From the NCBI RefSeq assembly GCF_009914755.1, contig NC_060948.1: DNA of 64,000 nt; one strand, given 5' to 3'. This document shows positions 47,113 through 60,384 of the stretch, piece by piece. This stretch comes from the human T2T-CHM13v2.0 reference genome, Homo sapiens. The position numbers were made by a program, and so were the translations under genes. The notes beneath the pieces were generated by a model. That model was not told the DNA's origin and ran no database searches. It worked only from the letters and a program-made list of their open reading frames with translations. How positions within the stretch are numbered: the stretch's first letter is position 1; every line of letters starts with the position of its first letter.

Positions 47113-47655
47113 TGTTACCAGAAAGCACTGCTGATTCAGACTCCACAAGGGGGTTCTTGGATCTCACACACAAAAAAACTGGGTGTGAGTCCATAAATAA
47201 AGTGAAAGCAAGTTTATTAAGAAAGTGAAGGAATAAAAGGATGGTTACTTCATAGGCAAAGCAGTTCTGAGGGCTCCTGTTTTCTCATTTTTATGATTAT
47301 TTGTTGATTCTATGCTAAACAAGGGGTGGAGTATTCATGCCTCCCCTTTTTTAGACCATATAGGGTAACTTCTTGAGTCTGTCATGGAACTTGTTAACTT
47401 CCATAGTGGGAGTGTAGCAGTAAGGATGACCAGAGGTCACTCTGGTCACCATCTTGGTTTTGGTGGGTTTTGGCTTCTTTACTGCAACCTGTTTTATCAG
47501 CAAGGTCTTTATGAAATGTTTCTTGTATCAACTTGTTTTCTCATCTTGTGAGTTAGAATGCTGAACCTCCTAGTAATGCAGCCCAGTAGGTTTCAGCTTT
47601 ATTTTACCCAGCCGCCATTCAAGATGGATTTGCTCTTGTTCCAACACCTCTGACA
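47113..47655 (-). mobile_element. MER41A-like ERV1 solo LTR
   Basis: TGTTACC...TTCAAGATGG...CCTCTGACA; perfect 4-bp TSD AAGT; about 543 bp. Confidence 0.87.
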
Positions 47656-47814
47656 AAGTGACAAGCACCTTGAAACCTTCCAGTTTCATCTTAATAGTCA
47701 GTGATCTGATATTCAAGACACCTTTATGACTCTTTTTGAAGTTCATGTAGATTTTCTATTTTTAGGAGTGTACTGGGTGGATCCTTAAACTGTTTTCCCA
47801 ATTTTTGCCTTACT

Positions 47815-48121
<307 letters not shown>

Positions 48122-48333
48122 TTTACCCTTTTTGAATATTGCATAGAACCCCCTAGTTTCTGACAAAGATGTTTGCAGATACTGTGTGCAAGCTTAGGAG
48201 ATGGCTCCTCTAGAATTGTTTTAAAAAAATTTTTCTTCTTACAAATTATTTGAAGTTTACAGTTTTTTTTAATACACTATACTGAAAGCATAGGATTTGC
48301 TTTGTTTCATTTTATATATTAATTTTATCTATT

Positions 48334-48643
<310 letters not shown>

Positions 48644-48841
48644 CTATTGACCTGTAACATTTTATTTTGGGAGGCTGTGTTAAAAGATACTGGTTAAAAG
48701 ATTTGTGTTAAAAGATACTGCGGGGCTAGAGCCCAAAGTGTTCACCCAAGCTCCTGCACCTGCCTGTGTATGTAGAGCTTTGAGCTTACAGCAGTAGAAC
48801 AGAGAGCCACACCCCTGTTGCACACACTGCAAGGGGAGCCC

Positions 48842-49063
48842 GTGAATTCTCTCATCTCATTACTACTGACATTAGGGGCCAGATGATTATTTGTTGTGGG
48901 GTACTTTCCAGTGCAATGTAGGATGTTGAGCAGCATCCCTGGTCTCCACCCACTAGATCTGAAGAGCAACTACACGCCACAAGTTAGGACAACCCCAAAA
49001 GTCACCAGATAATCGTCAAATGTCTGGGGGACAGGCAGAAATTGCCCCCATTTGAGAATGACT
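48842..49063 (-). mobile_element. MER20 (hAT-Charlie) MITE
   Basis: GTAGGATGTTGAGCAGCATCCCTGGTCTCCACCCACTAGAT...CAAATGTC...TTGAGAA. Confidence 0.8.
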
Positions 49064-49231
49064 TCACAGAGAGACAGACAAATACAAACACACACACACA
49101 CACTCACTAACTTATCTTTTGTTATACAAAACTAACACAAAAATAGAGGAAAATTTATAATGAACTAATTTTACCCTTCAGTTATCAATGCATGTTTTTC
49201 TACGTGTGTATCCACTAACCCGCATGCATAT

Positions 49232-49577
49232 TATTTATTCATTCATTCATTCATTCATTCATTCATTCATTCATTCATTTATTTTAACAGGGCTGGGGAC
49301 ACAGGGTCTCTCACTCTTGCCCAGGCTGGAGTGCAGTGGTGCAATCATGGCTCACTGCAGCCTCAACCTCTCAGGTTCAAACCATCCTCCTGCCTCAGCC
49401 TCCTGAGACCCTGGGAACATAGGTGCATACCACAACACCTGGCAAATATTTAAGTTTTTGTAGAGATGGGGTCTCATTTTGTTGCCCAGGCTGGTCTAAT
49501 ACTCCTGGTCTTAAATGATCCTCCCTCTTTGTCCTCCTAAATCACTGTGATTACAGGCGTGAGCCACTGCACTGGAC
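49232..49577 (-). mobile_element. AluJ-like SINE with an (ATTC)n tail
   Basis: About 10 ATTC units, then ATCATGGCTCACTGCAGCCTCAACCTC. Confidence 0.85.
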
Positions 49578-49928
49578 ACTACCCTATTTACTGATGCAAT
49601 TTCTGCCTACCGCAAAATATCATCTGTAAATATTTTGATATTAATCTCAAAAAGATGAGAACCCTTTTTATATAGAACCACAACACTATCATACTATTTT
49701 AAATGTTAACAAAAAATATGTACATATTAAATATTAAAAACTATTATTTAATATTTTCATAATCTAATAAGCATTTCAAATGCTACGATAGTATCAAATA
49801 TATGTATACTACTAATTTGTTTCAGTTGCAAACCAATTAAACTCCATGTATTGCATTATTTGATATAGTTTTAAGGTCTCTTTAAATATTTAGAATCTCT
49901 TTATTTACTTTTTTGCAATGTAGTTTTC

Positions 49929-50254
49929 ATTTATTTATTTATTTATTTATTTATTGATTGATTGATTTATTGTTTGAGATGAAGTCTCACTCTGTCACCC
50001 AGGCTGGAGTGCAATGGTGTGATCTTGGTCACTGCAACCTTTGCCTTCCAGGTTCAAACAATTCCCCTGCCTCAGCCTCCTGAGTAGCTGGGATTACAGG
50101 CATATTCCACCACACCCAGATAATTTTTGTATTTTTAGTAGAGATGGGGTTTCCCCATGTTGGTCAGGCTGGTCTCGAACTCTTGACCTTGAGATGTGCC
50201 TGCTTCGGCCTCCCAAAATGCTGTGATTACAGGTATGAGCCACCATTTCCGGCC
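49929..50254 (-). mobile_element. AluS-like SINE with an (ATTT)n(ATTG)n tail
   Basis: CACTGCAACC...GATTACAGGC...CATGTTGGTCAGGCTGGTCTCGAACTC. Confidence 0.88.
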
Positions 50255-50628
50255 TGTACTTGTTTTTTAAAAGACCATTTGTCCTATAGTTTTTATCCAG
50301 TATGAAATTTGTTTATTGCATATACAGAGAAACCTTGCCTTTTTTTTTTCATTCTAAGTTAGTAGTAGAGGCTTGAAGATTTAAAGTTTTATTTTTTTAT
50401 TTTTTATAGAAAATAGTTTATAGGTATATACCATCACCAAAATTGCCTCTCTTTTGGTCAACAACCATGAATGATCACTACCTAGAAATGCCATTATCAT
50501 ATTATTTATTTTCACATTATGCTGTTTCACTATTTTGTAATTGGTTTCAAAATGGTGAATTGGTTTCAAAATGGTGAAATTTCAGTTTTTTTTGTCTTTC
50601 TTTTTCTATTAGCTGGATTATTTATATT

Positions 50629-50777
50629 AATTACCTCCCACCAGGTCTCTCCCATGACACATGGAGATTATGAGAGCTATAATTCAAGGTAAGGTATGGG
50701 TGGGGACACAGCCAAACTGTATCAGAGGACTTCACTGTATGCATTTTAGGAGAGACCCAAACATTGAGCCCATAGCA
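50629..50777 (-). mobile_element. THE1/MST LTR end fragment abutting an MLT1/MST-like LTR end
   Basis: TTACCTCCCACCAGG...GGGGACACAGCCAAACTGTATCA, then ACATTGAGCCCATAGCA. Confidence 0.7.
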
Positions 50778-51229
50778 ATGCTGTTGTACAATAAGCCACC
50801 TCAGCATCCAACGACTTCTAAAAAAGATACTGATTCTCACTCATGTCTTGTGTTTCTGCTAGAAATTGTTATGGAATTAGCTGTCCTGGACTTGGGGTTG
50901 ATTCCAAGCTACAGATTACTTCCATAGTAAACCCACATATCTCTTACCTACTTGAAACAGTGGACTATGTCTTCTTATTATAGCAATGGCAGAATTATAG
51001 GAGGGCATATTTTATTATGCAAGCTCCCTTTGAGCAAGCTTATTTGTGCCACATCCAATTATACCTTGTCTACGTTACATAACACGATTTAGAAAATATG
51101 ATTAAGAATAGTTTATTAGAGCACAAATCTGGGATTTGCCACCCAGGAAACACTGACTCCAGAGAAACAGGGCCAGTGCTCTGAAGTTAAAATTAAGTTC
51201 TTGCTTCTATAGGTTTAAAAACAAAAGAA

Positions 51230-51543
51230 GGCTGGGTGCGGTGGCTCACGCCTGTAATCCCGGCACGTTGGGATGCTGAGGCGGGTGGATCACGAGGTCA
51301 GGAGATCGAGACCATCCTGGCTAACATGGTGAAACCTAGTCTCTACTAAAAATACAAAAAATTAGCCAGGTGCGGTGGTGGATGCCTCTAGTCCCAGCTA
51401 CTCAGGAGGCTGAGGCAGGAGAATAGTGTGAACCCAGGAGGCGGAGCTTGCAGTGAGCCAAGATAGTGCCACTGCACTCCAGCCTGGGCAAAAGAGCAAG
51501 ATTCCATCTCAAAAAAAAAAAAAAAAAGAAAAAAGAAAAAAAG
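51230..51543 (+). mobile_element. AluY/AluSc-type SINE
   Basis: GATCACGAGGTCAGGAGATCGAGACCATCCTGGCTAAC...GGCGGAGCTTGCAG. Confidence 0.9.
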
Positions 51544-51957
51544 TTTAGTAGAATTATACAACATTCGAGACAAAGCTTGTTTATGAGTTACAACAATTTA
51601 ACTAGCAATAGTTTTGTTTTTTCTGTAGAGCTTATTTTCTTTTCTCTACAACTTATTTTCATTTCCTTTCCAAATTAAAATAATATATTTAAATTTTCAT
51701 CTCAATGTGATAGCCGTGAAGCCTTTGTGTGAGGAAGGTAAGAGGAAAGTTAACCTAAAATAAAGATCTACAGTGAATAGGGAAGGAGGGTTCCCTGTAG
51801 CCCTTTAAATGTACAATAGCTTACAAAACTATACAGTTAAAGAGATAGCTTAATCTATAATCAAAGAAGAAAACACTACACTTGCCTAAGTTACACTGCC
51901 TATCACATGATTCAGTTCCTCTGCTCACATGCCTTTAAGTCTCAAAATAAAATTTCA

Positions 51958-52258
51958 GGCTAGACACAATGCCTGTAATCTCAGCACTTTGGGAGACAAA
52001 GGCAGGCGGATCACATGAGGCCAGGAGTTCCATATCAGCCTGGCCACCATAGCAAAACCCTGTCTCTACTAAAAATGCAAAAAATTATCCAGGTGTGGTG
52101 GCAAGTGCCTGTAATCCCAGCTATTCAGGAGGCCGAGGCAGGAGAATTGCTTGAACCCACAAGGCCAAGGGTGTAGTGAGCAAAGATCATGTCACTGCAC
52201 TCCAACCTGGGCGACCGAGCAAGACTCTGTCTCAAAACTAAAATAAAATAAAATAAAA
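51958..52258 (+). mobile_element. AluS/AluJb-like SINE
   Basis: Dimeric Alu with a (TAAAA)n tail. Confidence 0.85.
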
Positions 52259-52623
52259 TTCCAATAGTTTAGGTGTTTGAATTACATATTTGTCAATCCC
52301 ATTGGATAAAGCAAGTTTATGGCTACACTAACATAAGTGCAGAGAAGAAGTTAGTATCTGCTACATAACATTTCTAAACTCTAATAATTCGTAGAACCCA
52401 ACAAAAGGGAAGTATAAAGACTTTTTTGATCTTTTATTCCTTGAGGAGGGTAGGATATGTGTACCATTATTAATCCTTTAAATCTGTTTTGATCCACTGC
52501 AGTCATTATTCTTCTTTCAAATTGTATTGCTCTTGGTCATCATCCCTAATGCTGAGAGTGGCCTTGAAACTTGTATTTCCAGTAGGATGTTAATGGACAT
52601 GATGACAATAATCTTGCTTGAAG

Positions 52624-52885
52624 GACAAAAAATCAAACACCGCATGTTCTCACTCACAGGTGGGAACTGAACAATGAGAACACATGCACACAGGAAGGGG
52701 AATATCACACATGGGGGCCTGTTTTGGGTGGGGGAAGGGGGAAGGATAACATTAGGAAATATACCTAATGTTAAATGACGAGTTAATGGGTGCAGCACAC
52801 CAACACAGCACATGTATACATACGTAACAAACCTGCACGTTGTGCACATGTACCCTAAAACTTAAAGTATAATAAAAAAAAAGAA
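52624..52885 (+). mobile_element. L1PA4-like 5'-truncated insertion (~260 bp) with 17-bp TSD
   Basis: 3' UTR ends TACCCTAAAACTTAAAGTATAAT plus polyA; TSD AATAATCTTGCTTGAAG at 52607-52623 and 52886-52902. Confidence 0.93.
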
Positions 52886-53082
52886 AATAATCTTGCTTGA
52901 AGTATGGGCTCCTTCCTGTTGTCTAAGAAGTCCTTTACACAGACCCCAGTCATGTTTAAGAGCTTTGTTTCTTTTTGCTGTGATCCAGTGTACAGGTTCT
53001 TCCTGCAGGTTTCTACATGCTATAACAATGGTCCACTGGAGTTTCTGCTTTCCTCAGCCAAGAAGAAAAAGAAAAAGCAGTA

Positions 53083-53207
53083 GGCTGGGCACAGTGGCTC
53101 ACACCTGTAATCCCAGAACTTTGGGAGACCGAGGCGGGCGGATCACTAGGTCAGGAGATCGAGATCATTCTGGCTAACAGGGTGAAACCTCGCCTGTGCT
53201 AAAAATA

Positions 53208-53239
<32 letters not shown>

Positions 53240-53420
53240 CCAGGCATGGTGGCAGGCGGCTGTAGTCGCAGCTACTCGGGAGACTGAGGCAGGAGAATGA
53301 TGTGAACCCGGGAGGTGGGGCTTGCAGTGAGCAGTGGGCCGAGATCGCGCCATGGCCCTCCAGCCTGGGTGACACAGCGAGACTCTGTCTCAGAAAAAAA
53401 AAGAAAAAGAAAAAGAAAAA
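53083..53420 (+). mobile_element. AluY-type SINE with an expanded central A tract
   Basis: GAGATCGAGATCATTCTGGCTAAC; A30 at 53209-53238; GAGATCGCGCC. Confidence 0.9.
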
Positions 53421-53425
53421 GTAAT

Positions 53426-53708
53426 GGGCACAGGCAGGAAGATCACCTGAGGTTAGGAGTTTGAGACCGGCCTAGCCAAAATGGCAAAACCCATCTCTAA
53501 CAAAATAAAAATAAAAATTTAGCTGGGCATGATGGCACACATGTACCCGTAATCACAACTACTTGGGGGACTGAGACGGGAAAATTGTTTGATTCCAGTA
53601 GGCAGAGTTTACATTGAGCTGAGATTCTGTTACTGCACTCCAGCCTGGGCAACAGAACAAGACTCCATCTCAAAGAAATGAATAGATACATACATACATA
53701 CATAAAAA
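53426..53708 (+). mobile_element. 5'-truncated AluS with a (TACA)n tail
   Basis: GATCACCTGAGGTTAGGAGTTTGAGACC...CTGCACTCCAGCCTGGGCAACAG. Confidence 0.82.
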
Positions 53709-54398
53709 TTTAAAAAATTAAAAAGGAGAATAAGATAAGAAAATTAGAATAACACAGTAGGATTATAGAAGACTATGGTGAAATCATGGCATTTTGGGGG
53801 ACTTTCTGTGTGTTTTGTGTTTGTTTTAAAAACTAGCTCTACTTGCAATTCTAGAGGAAACAACCCCTGCAAAAAAATTAAATAACAACCACCAAATATT
53901 TTCAAGTGCCTTGAGTATGAATCCCCTTAGCAAATAATGCTTAAAAAGGAATTTAACAATTTCAGCAAAAAGAAAACTGACTTAAACAATAAATGTAGTA
54001 GATTCATTTTAATATGGTCATACATTGTTTTGCTTAAAAAATGCTTGCTTCAAAAAATAGAAAAGATTCCTAGCATTTGTATTACTTTCTGCTGTAGTTT
54101 GGATGTGTTAATCTCTGCCATCATCATATTAAAATTTGATTGCAATGTTGAAAGTGGAGCACAATGGGAGGTATTTGGGTCATGGGGGTGTGTCCCTCAT
54201 GAACAGATTAATGTCTTTCCTGGATGGGAGAGGAGTGAGTTCTTCTCTATTCATTGCCACTAAAGTTGGTTGTTATAAAGAGCCTGACATTTTCCCCTCT
54301 TTCACTCATTTCTTCTCTTCCTGTGATCACATGCCAGCTCCCATTCCCTTTCCACCATGAGTGGAAGCTACCTAAGGCATCCTCAAAGCAGATGCTGA

Positions 54399-55201
54399 TG
54401 AAATGGCAAAAGTTCCATTATTCCCCTAACAGGGCATCTGATGAGGGTGTGGCTAGGTTCTTTGGTGCCCTGCAGCTCAAACCCCATAGAGGCAGCATGC
54501 AGACAGGCAGGTTGTGGGGAGTCTGGGATCTAATCCCATGGCAGCATGTAGGGTTGAGAGTTTACAGCTCCTGAAGCCCCAGTGAGCACATGTTACAGTG
54601 TGCTCTTTCAGCTTTGCCATATGCAGGCAGTTTACGTAAATCAGCCCAATTAGACCCTCTGCATTATCATAAGGATAGAGGGCTTTCTGTATCCTGGGAT
54701 TCTTACCCTAGTGTACTGGAAAAAATCAGATTACACATGGGCTTGGAGAATAAGTGCAAGGTTTTATTGAGTGGTGGAAGTAGCTCTCAGCAGATGTATG
54801 GGGACTTAGAAGGCGGATGGAATGGGAAGGTGGTCTTTCCCTGGAGTTGGGCTGTTCAGGAGCCAGCCTCTCCTCCAACCACCCTTGGCCAAATTTCCCT
54901 CACTGTCTGTTGTTCCACCGTCAATGGTCTGCCAGCATCTGTTGATGTGTTCTTCTGCAGGTGTGTTCCTCTCAATGTCCAGCCACTTGTGTCTGTGCCC
55001 ACTAGGGTTTCAGGGTTTTCATAGGCACAGGACTGGAGACATGGTGGGCCAGAGTGGTCTTGGGAAATGCAACATTTGGGCATAAAAACAGGAGTGCCTG
55101 TCCTTACCTAGGTCTGTGGGCACAGGCCAGAGGGTGAAGCCCTCTCCAGGGACCCTGCCTCTTCTCTGTCCAACACTTCCCTGCTCCCCCTACTTGTATC
55201 A
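54399..55201 (-). mobile_element. ERV1 solo LTR of the LTR1/LTR27/LTR28/MER52 group
   Basis: Minus strand begins TGATAC and contains CCCAAATGTTGCATTTCCCAAGACCA and ATCTCCAGTCCTGTGCCTAT-type motifs. Confidence 0.72.
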
Positions 55202-55279
55202 TTGGCACCATGCTTCTTGTGCAGCCTGCACAATCATAATCCAAGTAAGTCTCTTTTCTTTATAAGTTACCCAGCTTCT

Positions 55280-55560
55280 GGCTGGGTGCAGTACCTTACA
55301 CCTATAATCCCAGCACTTTGGGAGGCCAAGATTGAAGGATCACATGAGGCCAAGGGGTCAAGAGCAGCCTGGCCAGCATGGTGACACTGCACCTCTACTA
55401 AAAATACAAAAATTATTACAGTTGGTGCACACCTGTAATCCCAGCTATGCAAGAGGTTGAGGCAGAAGAATCACTTGAACTCAGTAGGCAAGGAGGAGCT
55501 TGTAGTGAGCTGCAATTGTGCCACTGCACTCCAGCCTAACTCTAAAAAATTAAATAAAAA
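55280..55560 (+). mobile_element. Diverged AluS/AluJ SINE
   Basis: ATAATCCCAGCACTTTGGGAGGCC...CTCTACTAAAAATACAAAAATTA. Confidence 0.82.
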
Positions 55561-56190
55561 TGAACATTTTCCTCAAGTTTTCCTTCATAGCAATGAAAAA
55601 TGCACGAAGACATCCTCTTATGAGACAGGAGTGGGAAATGATTAAAAGCTTTAACTTCAGATTCTCACTAAAAGGCTTCAAAGAAGAACACACAAGACTA
55701 TATATCCCCAGGCACTGGAAACTGGAAAGTGGAGTTAGTTGCCTATTTTACAAAAATTATACTAGGTACAGAAAAAAAAAAGTTTAAATATGAGGAAAAC
55801 TAGGGCAATTCTCACAAAGTTTTTTTTTTTTCAAAAACAAGAAAAAAAAGGACAAAAAAGCAGATAAAAGTAATCTTGGGTTCCTCTTATTCCTAAGGTG
55901 CTAAAAAGCAAAAAGATGGGTAGGTCACTGTGTCAGAAAAAGATATTCCTGATGATATTAACACTGTTACACCTACGTAGACCAAGATATTTATTTTCTC
56001 TATTGACATTGGCCTCCAACTTCAGGTGATGGAGAAAAACTTACAAAATAGAATAAGTCTCCATTGCATGCTTGACTTAAAAGACAAGTATCAAAGCTCT
56101 CTTGCAGTCTACACTGACTGGTGGTACAGTGCCTTGTGAACTATAGAAACAAAGCTCTGATGTGGAAAGTATACAAGTAGCTACATCCAC

Positions 56191-57547
56191 TGAACTCATC
56201 CTTTTTTATGGCTTCATAGTATTTTGTGCTGTATATTTACCCCATTTTCTTTATCCAGTCTGTCATTGATGGCCATTTGGGTTGGTTACAAGTCTTTGCT
56301 ATTGTTAACAGTGCCACAATAAACATATGTGTGTATGTGTCTTTATAGAAGAATGATTTATGCTACTTTTGATATACACCCAGTAATGGGATTGCTGGGT
56401 CAAATGGTATTTCTGGTTCTAGATCCCTGAGGAATCACCACACTGTCTTCCACAATGGTTGAACTAATTTACACTCCCACCAACTGTGTAAAAGTGTTAC
56501 TATTTCTCGACATCTTCTCCAGCATGTGTTATTTCCTGACTTTTTAATGATCTCCATTATACCTGGCATGAGATGGTATCTCATTGTGGTTATGATTTGC
56601 ATTTCTCTAATGACCAGTGATGATGAGCTTTTTTTCACATGTTTGTTGGCTGAATAAATGTCTTCTTTTGAGAAGTGTCTGTTCATATCCTTCACCCACT
56701 TTTTGATGTTTTTTTTCTTGTAAATTTGTTTAAGTACGTTGTAGATTCTGGATATTAGCCCTTTATCAGATGGATAGATTGCAAAAATTTTATCCCATCA
56801 TGTAGGTTGCCTGTTCACTCTCATAACAGTTTCTATTGATGTGCAGAAGTTCTTTAGTTTAATTAAATCCCATTTGTCAATGGTGGATTTTGTTGCCATT
56901 GCTTTTGGTGTTTTAGACATGAAGTCTTTGCCCATGCCTATGTCCTGAATGATGTCTCCTAGGTTTTCTTCTAGGATTTTTATGGTTCTAGCTCTTACCT
57001 TTAAGTCTTTAATCCGTCTTGAGTTAATTTTTATATAAGGTTTAAGGAAGGTGTCCACTTTTAGTTTTCTGCCTAAGGCTAGACAGTTTTCCCAACACCA
57101 TTTATTAAATAGGAAATCCCTTCCCCATTGCTTGTTTTTGTCAGGTTTGTCAAAGATCAGATGGTTGTATATGTGTGGTGTTATTTCTGAGGTCCCTGTT
57201 CTGTTCCATTGGTCTATATATCTGTTTTGGTACCAGTACCATGCTGTTTTGTTTACTGTAGCTTTGTAGTATAGTTCGAAGTCAGGTAGCATGATGCCTC
57301 TACCTTTGTTCTTTTAGCTTAGGTCTTTGCTATGCAGGCTCTTTTTTGGTTCCATATGAAATTTAAAGTCATTTTTTCTACTTCTGTGAAGAAAGTCAAT
57401 GGTAACTTGATGGGGATAGTATTAAATCTATAAATTAATTTGGGCAGCATGGCCATATTCATGATATTGATTCTTCCTATCCATGAGCATGGAATATTTT
57501 TCCATTTGCTTGTGCCCTCTCTTATTTCCTTGAGCAGTGGTTTGTAG
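56191..57547 (-). mobile_element. L1PA7-like ORF2 3' region, antisense
   Basis: Minus-strand ORFs 56798-57292 ([18 protein letters not shown]) and 56435-56695 ([10 protein letters not shown]). Confidence 0.93.
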
Positions 57548-57549
57548 GC

Positions 57550-57590
57550 ACTTAAAGTATAATAAAAACAAAAATTAAAAAAAAAAATAA
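57550..57590 (+). mobile_element. Extreme L1PA 3' terminus plus polyA, sense
   Basis: ACTTAAAGTATAAT followed by an A-rich tail. Confidence 0.7.
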
Positions 57591-58299
57591 GGTACTAGAA
57601 CTTTGAAAGTCTGAGGAGTTGACTTGGAAAAATACAAAACTCTGCAATAAGAGGTAGAGGTCTGAACATATAAATGCATAATTAAGAAATTATGTACATA
57701 ATCCTGATTAAAATTCAGGAAAAATATAACTACATTAAAAGCAATATCTAATAGTATTTTGACTAGAAATATCAAAAGTTATATTATTTAGTTTGAAGAA
57801 AATAGGATTTAAGGATTCCCATCAAAATTGTGAAAAATGTCATGCATGTATTTAAAAAATATATATATAAAAAAAGAGAAGCAGAGTTAAAGTGCAACAA
57901 AGAGAAAAGTTTGAATAAAGTACAAACAAACAAATATACCCTACCATGTACTTTGCAGAAACAAGAAAAGTATCTAAAATTTAAGGATATAAAAGGTTTA
58001 TATAAAACAGATAGGTGAGCAATAAGTAACCAAATAAAAAGTAATATAACTACATTAATATGAGATGAATAACTTTTGGAGAAAAAGCTTCCTGTGTAAT
58101 GATATAAAATGGTGTTGTTTGTGGGATCCCAAATTTACATGCAATTTTAATTTATTCTTAACCTAAGCCTTCAATTGAAACCTAGACATCTCCCTGTCTC
58201 CAATTTACATGCATATAGCTGTAAAATACAGAGACAAAATGAAAATTATTATGGTGTCTCATTTATGGAAAGAAAAATTTGAAAATACTTTTTAAAGTG

Positions 58300-59130
58300 A
58301 ACAGCAAAATTAACAAGCTTGATCTAATTGATAAAGGTAAAACTACCATCAGAATCCTTTACAAGCAGAGAGACAGAATTTTTAAAATTCAAGTAAATTA
58401 GGACACAAATCAAATCTCAACAAACACCTGGATACAGGTATATTACAGATTATATTCTGAAACATAAAATGTCATTGCATTAGATATAAATATAAATTTT
58501 AATGAATGAAAGATAATAACTAAATAAATATCTGTCTGGAATTTTAAACTATATGTTCAAAATAAAATGGGTTGCATAAGAAATAAAAATGAAAGTTTAA
58601 CAATTAAAACTTGTTTCATGTACCTGGAGAAAATAAGTATTGTACTTATAAAACAGGCAATAAGTTCTAAAAAATAAATTATGCAAACATACAACTTAAG
58701 AAGTGTATCTCTTAAAAAAAAAGAAGTTAAGGAAAGTTAAAGAGAAGAAACAAAAGAAAGAAAAATTAGTAACAAACCTAAGAGCTTGATTTAATTAAAG
58801 TGAAATAGAAATACATGGAAAATGTCAGCCATACCACACATTGATTCTGTGGTAAGAGGTATGCATCAAAAATGCCGTTTGTTCAGAAGAATTAGATATA
58901 AAGGAAGAAAAATGGACTGATGAAGCAAAAATGTACACACCAGAGGAGAAAAACAAGACATACTGTGAACTTTTAAAAAATTATATTGTAATAACTGATT
59001 TTATACTGATAAATATAAAAATAGATGAAATGGATACTCGGAGAGTACTGAAATTACTCAAGAAGAAATAGAAATCTTCAATAGACCTACAATCAGAAGA
59101 GAAATAAAATCAGTGACTAAATGTTATTTA
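58300..59130 (+). mobile_element. Highly decayed L1M ORF2 fragments
   Basis: TAGATGAAATGGA...CTCAAGAAGAAATAGAAA...AATAGACCTA...GAAATAAAATCAGT. Confidence 0.55.
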
Positions 59131-60384
59131 CACCTATTGCTGAAAGAAATTTTAAAAGATGGATGTGCCTAGAGAGATAAGGTCACAATCTAACTCTCAA
59201 ACCCTAAATGGCTTTCCTTCCTCAGAGTAGAAGTCAAGCACTTACCATCGCTAACACCCACGAGGTCTCACCCCTATTTTTTTCTCCAGCACCTTATATC
59301 AAAATTACTCCTGCCTACTCCCCTCAAGTCACATTGAACTTCTATATAATCCTGCCTCCAAACTTTATTCTTGTTGTCCTTAGTCTATGATGTACTTTTA
59401 AAATACTTGTTTTTTTTTTACTGACACAGAATGTGGTATATGTTTCCAGTGTGCACTGAGATGTTTTGATATAGGATTCATTTTCCAATGATTAAATCAA
59501 GCTGATTAATGTATACATCACTTCATATACTTGTTTTTTTGTGGTTAGGATTTTGGAACTTGATGTTTTCTCTGCTTTGACCATGCCCTCCAGAGATGTA
59601 TTTGTCTTCTTTCATCACTTTCCGTGCTCAAATATCCCTTCAATTACCCATTTCCTTATATTCCAACACAATAATTCATCTCTGGCATGCAAAGTACTCT
59701 TCATCATGCTTTTTTTCTAAAGTAAAATTGTCAAGTTTGTAAGACAACATCCAGTACAAGCTATGTATGTTTTTAGGTTAGAAAGAGATGTATTAAATCA
59801 TTAAAAACATAATCCACAAAGGAGAATATACATCGATTTCAAAACATAAGGATTACAAAACTTTTTGCTCTAGAAGAATTCTTAAACAGAGAGAAGTTAA
59901 AAAAAACCTCTCATATTATATTGAATGCATACCAATAAATTATCCTATGTATCTAAATCCTAGGATGAAAAAAGTAAAAATCAATAAGAAAACTTAAGGG
60001 ATCCCAAAAATGCTTACATATTATTAACAAATACATTATAAAGACTCCATACCAGGGAGCTGAATGAAGAGTCTTTTACTTTAACAATATTTGACTAAAA
60101 TTGTCAATCAGTCAATGGACAAAATTTTCACTCTACAAGCTAACAGCTTATTAATATGTGAAAATATTTACCCATTTATGCTTGTGATTTATTATGCAAG
60201 ACAACTTCTTCATAGAAAAATCCAACTGTTATATTTTTCCAGCTTGTGTCCTACAATTAACTTTATATCTTTAATCCCTAAATAAAAGGATAAAACAGTC
60301 ATTCTTCACCGTTAATCACTTTGGTCTCATGTAAAGGGGAAACTTTCTGTGCACCTTAAATAATGAAGAGTTCTTTGAAGTTTA

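Larger units (their letters stand above)
54090..55612 (+). mobile_element. MST-type MaLR LTR, split by an ERV1 LTR and an Alu
   Basis: TAGTTTGGATG...GGGAGGTATTTGGGTCATGGGG...GCAGATGCTG, resuming as GGCACCATGCTTCTTGT...TTACCCAG, then ATAGCAATG...AAGACA. Confidence 0.75.

Noticed and set aside
47113-47655. MER41 LTR as an interferon-gamma/STAT1 enhancer
   Set aside because: Length and sequence fit MER41A, which lacks the tandem GAS-motif segment of MER41B. I did not see those motifs here.
54590-55085. 144-aa ORF cluster in a GC-richer stretch
   Set aside because: It lies wholly within an ERV1 solo LTR and has no gag, pol or env motifs.
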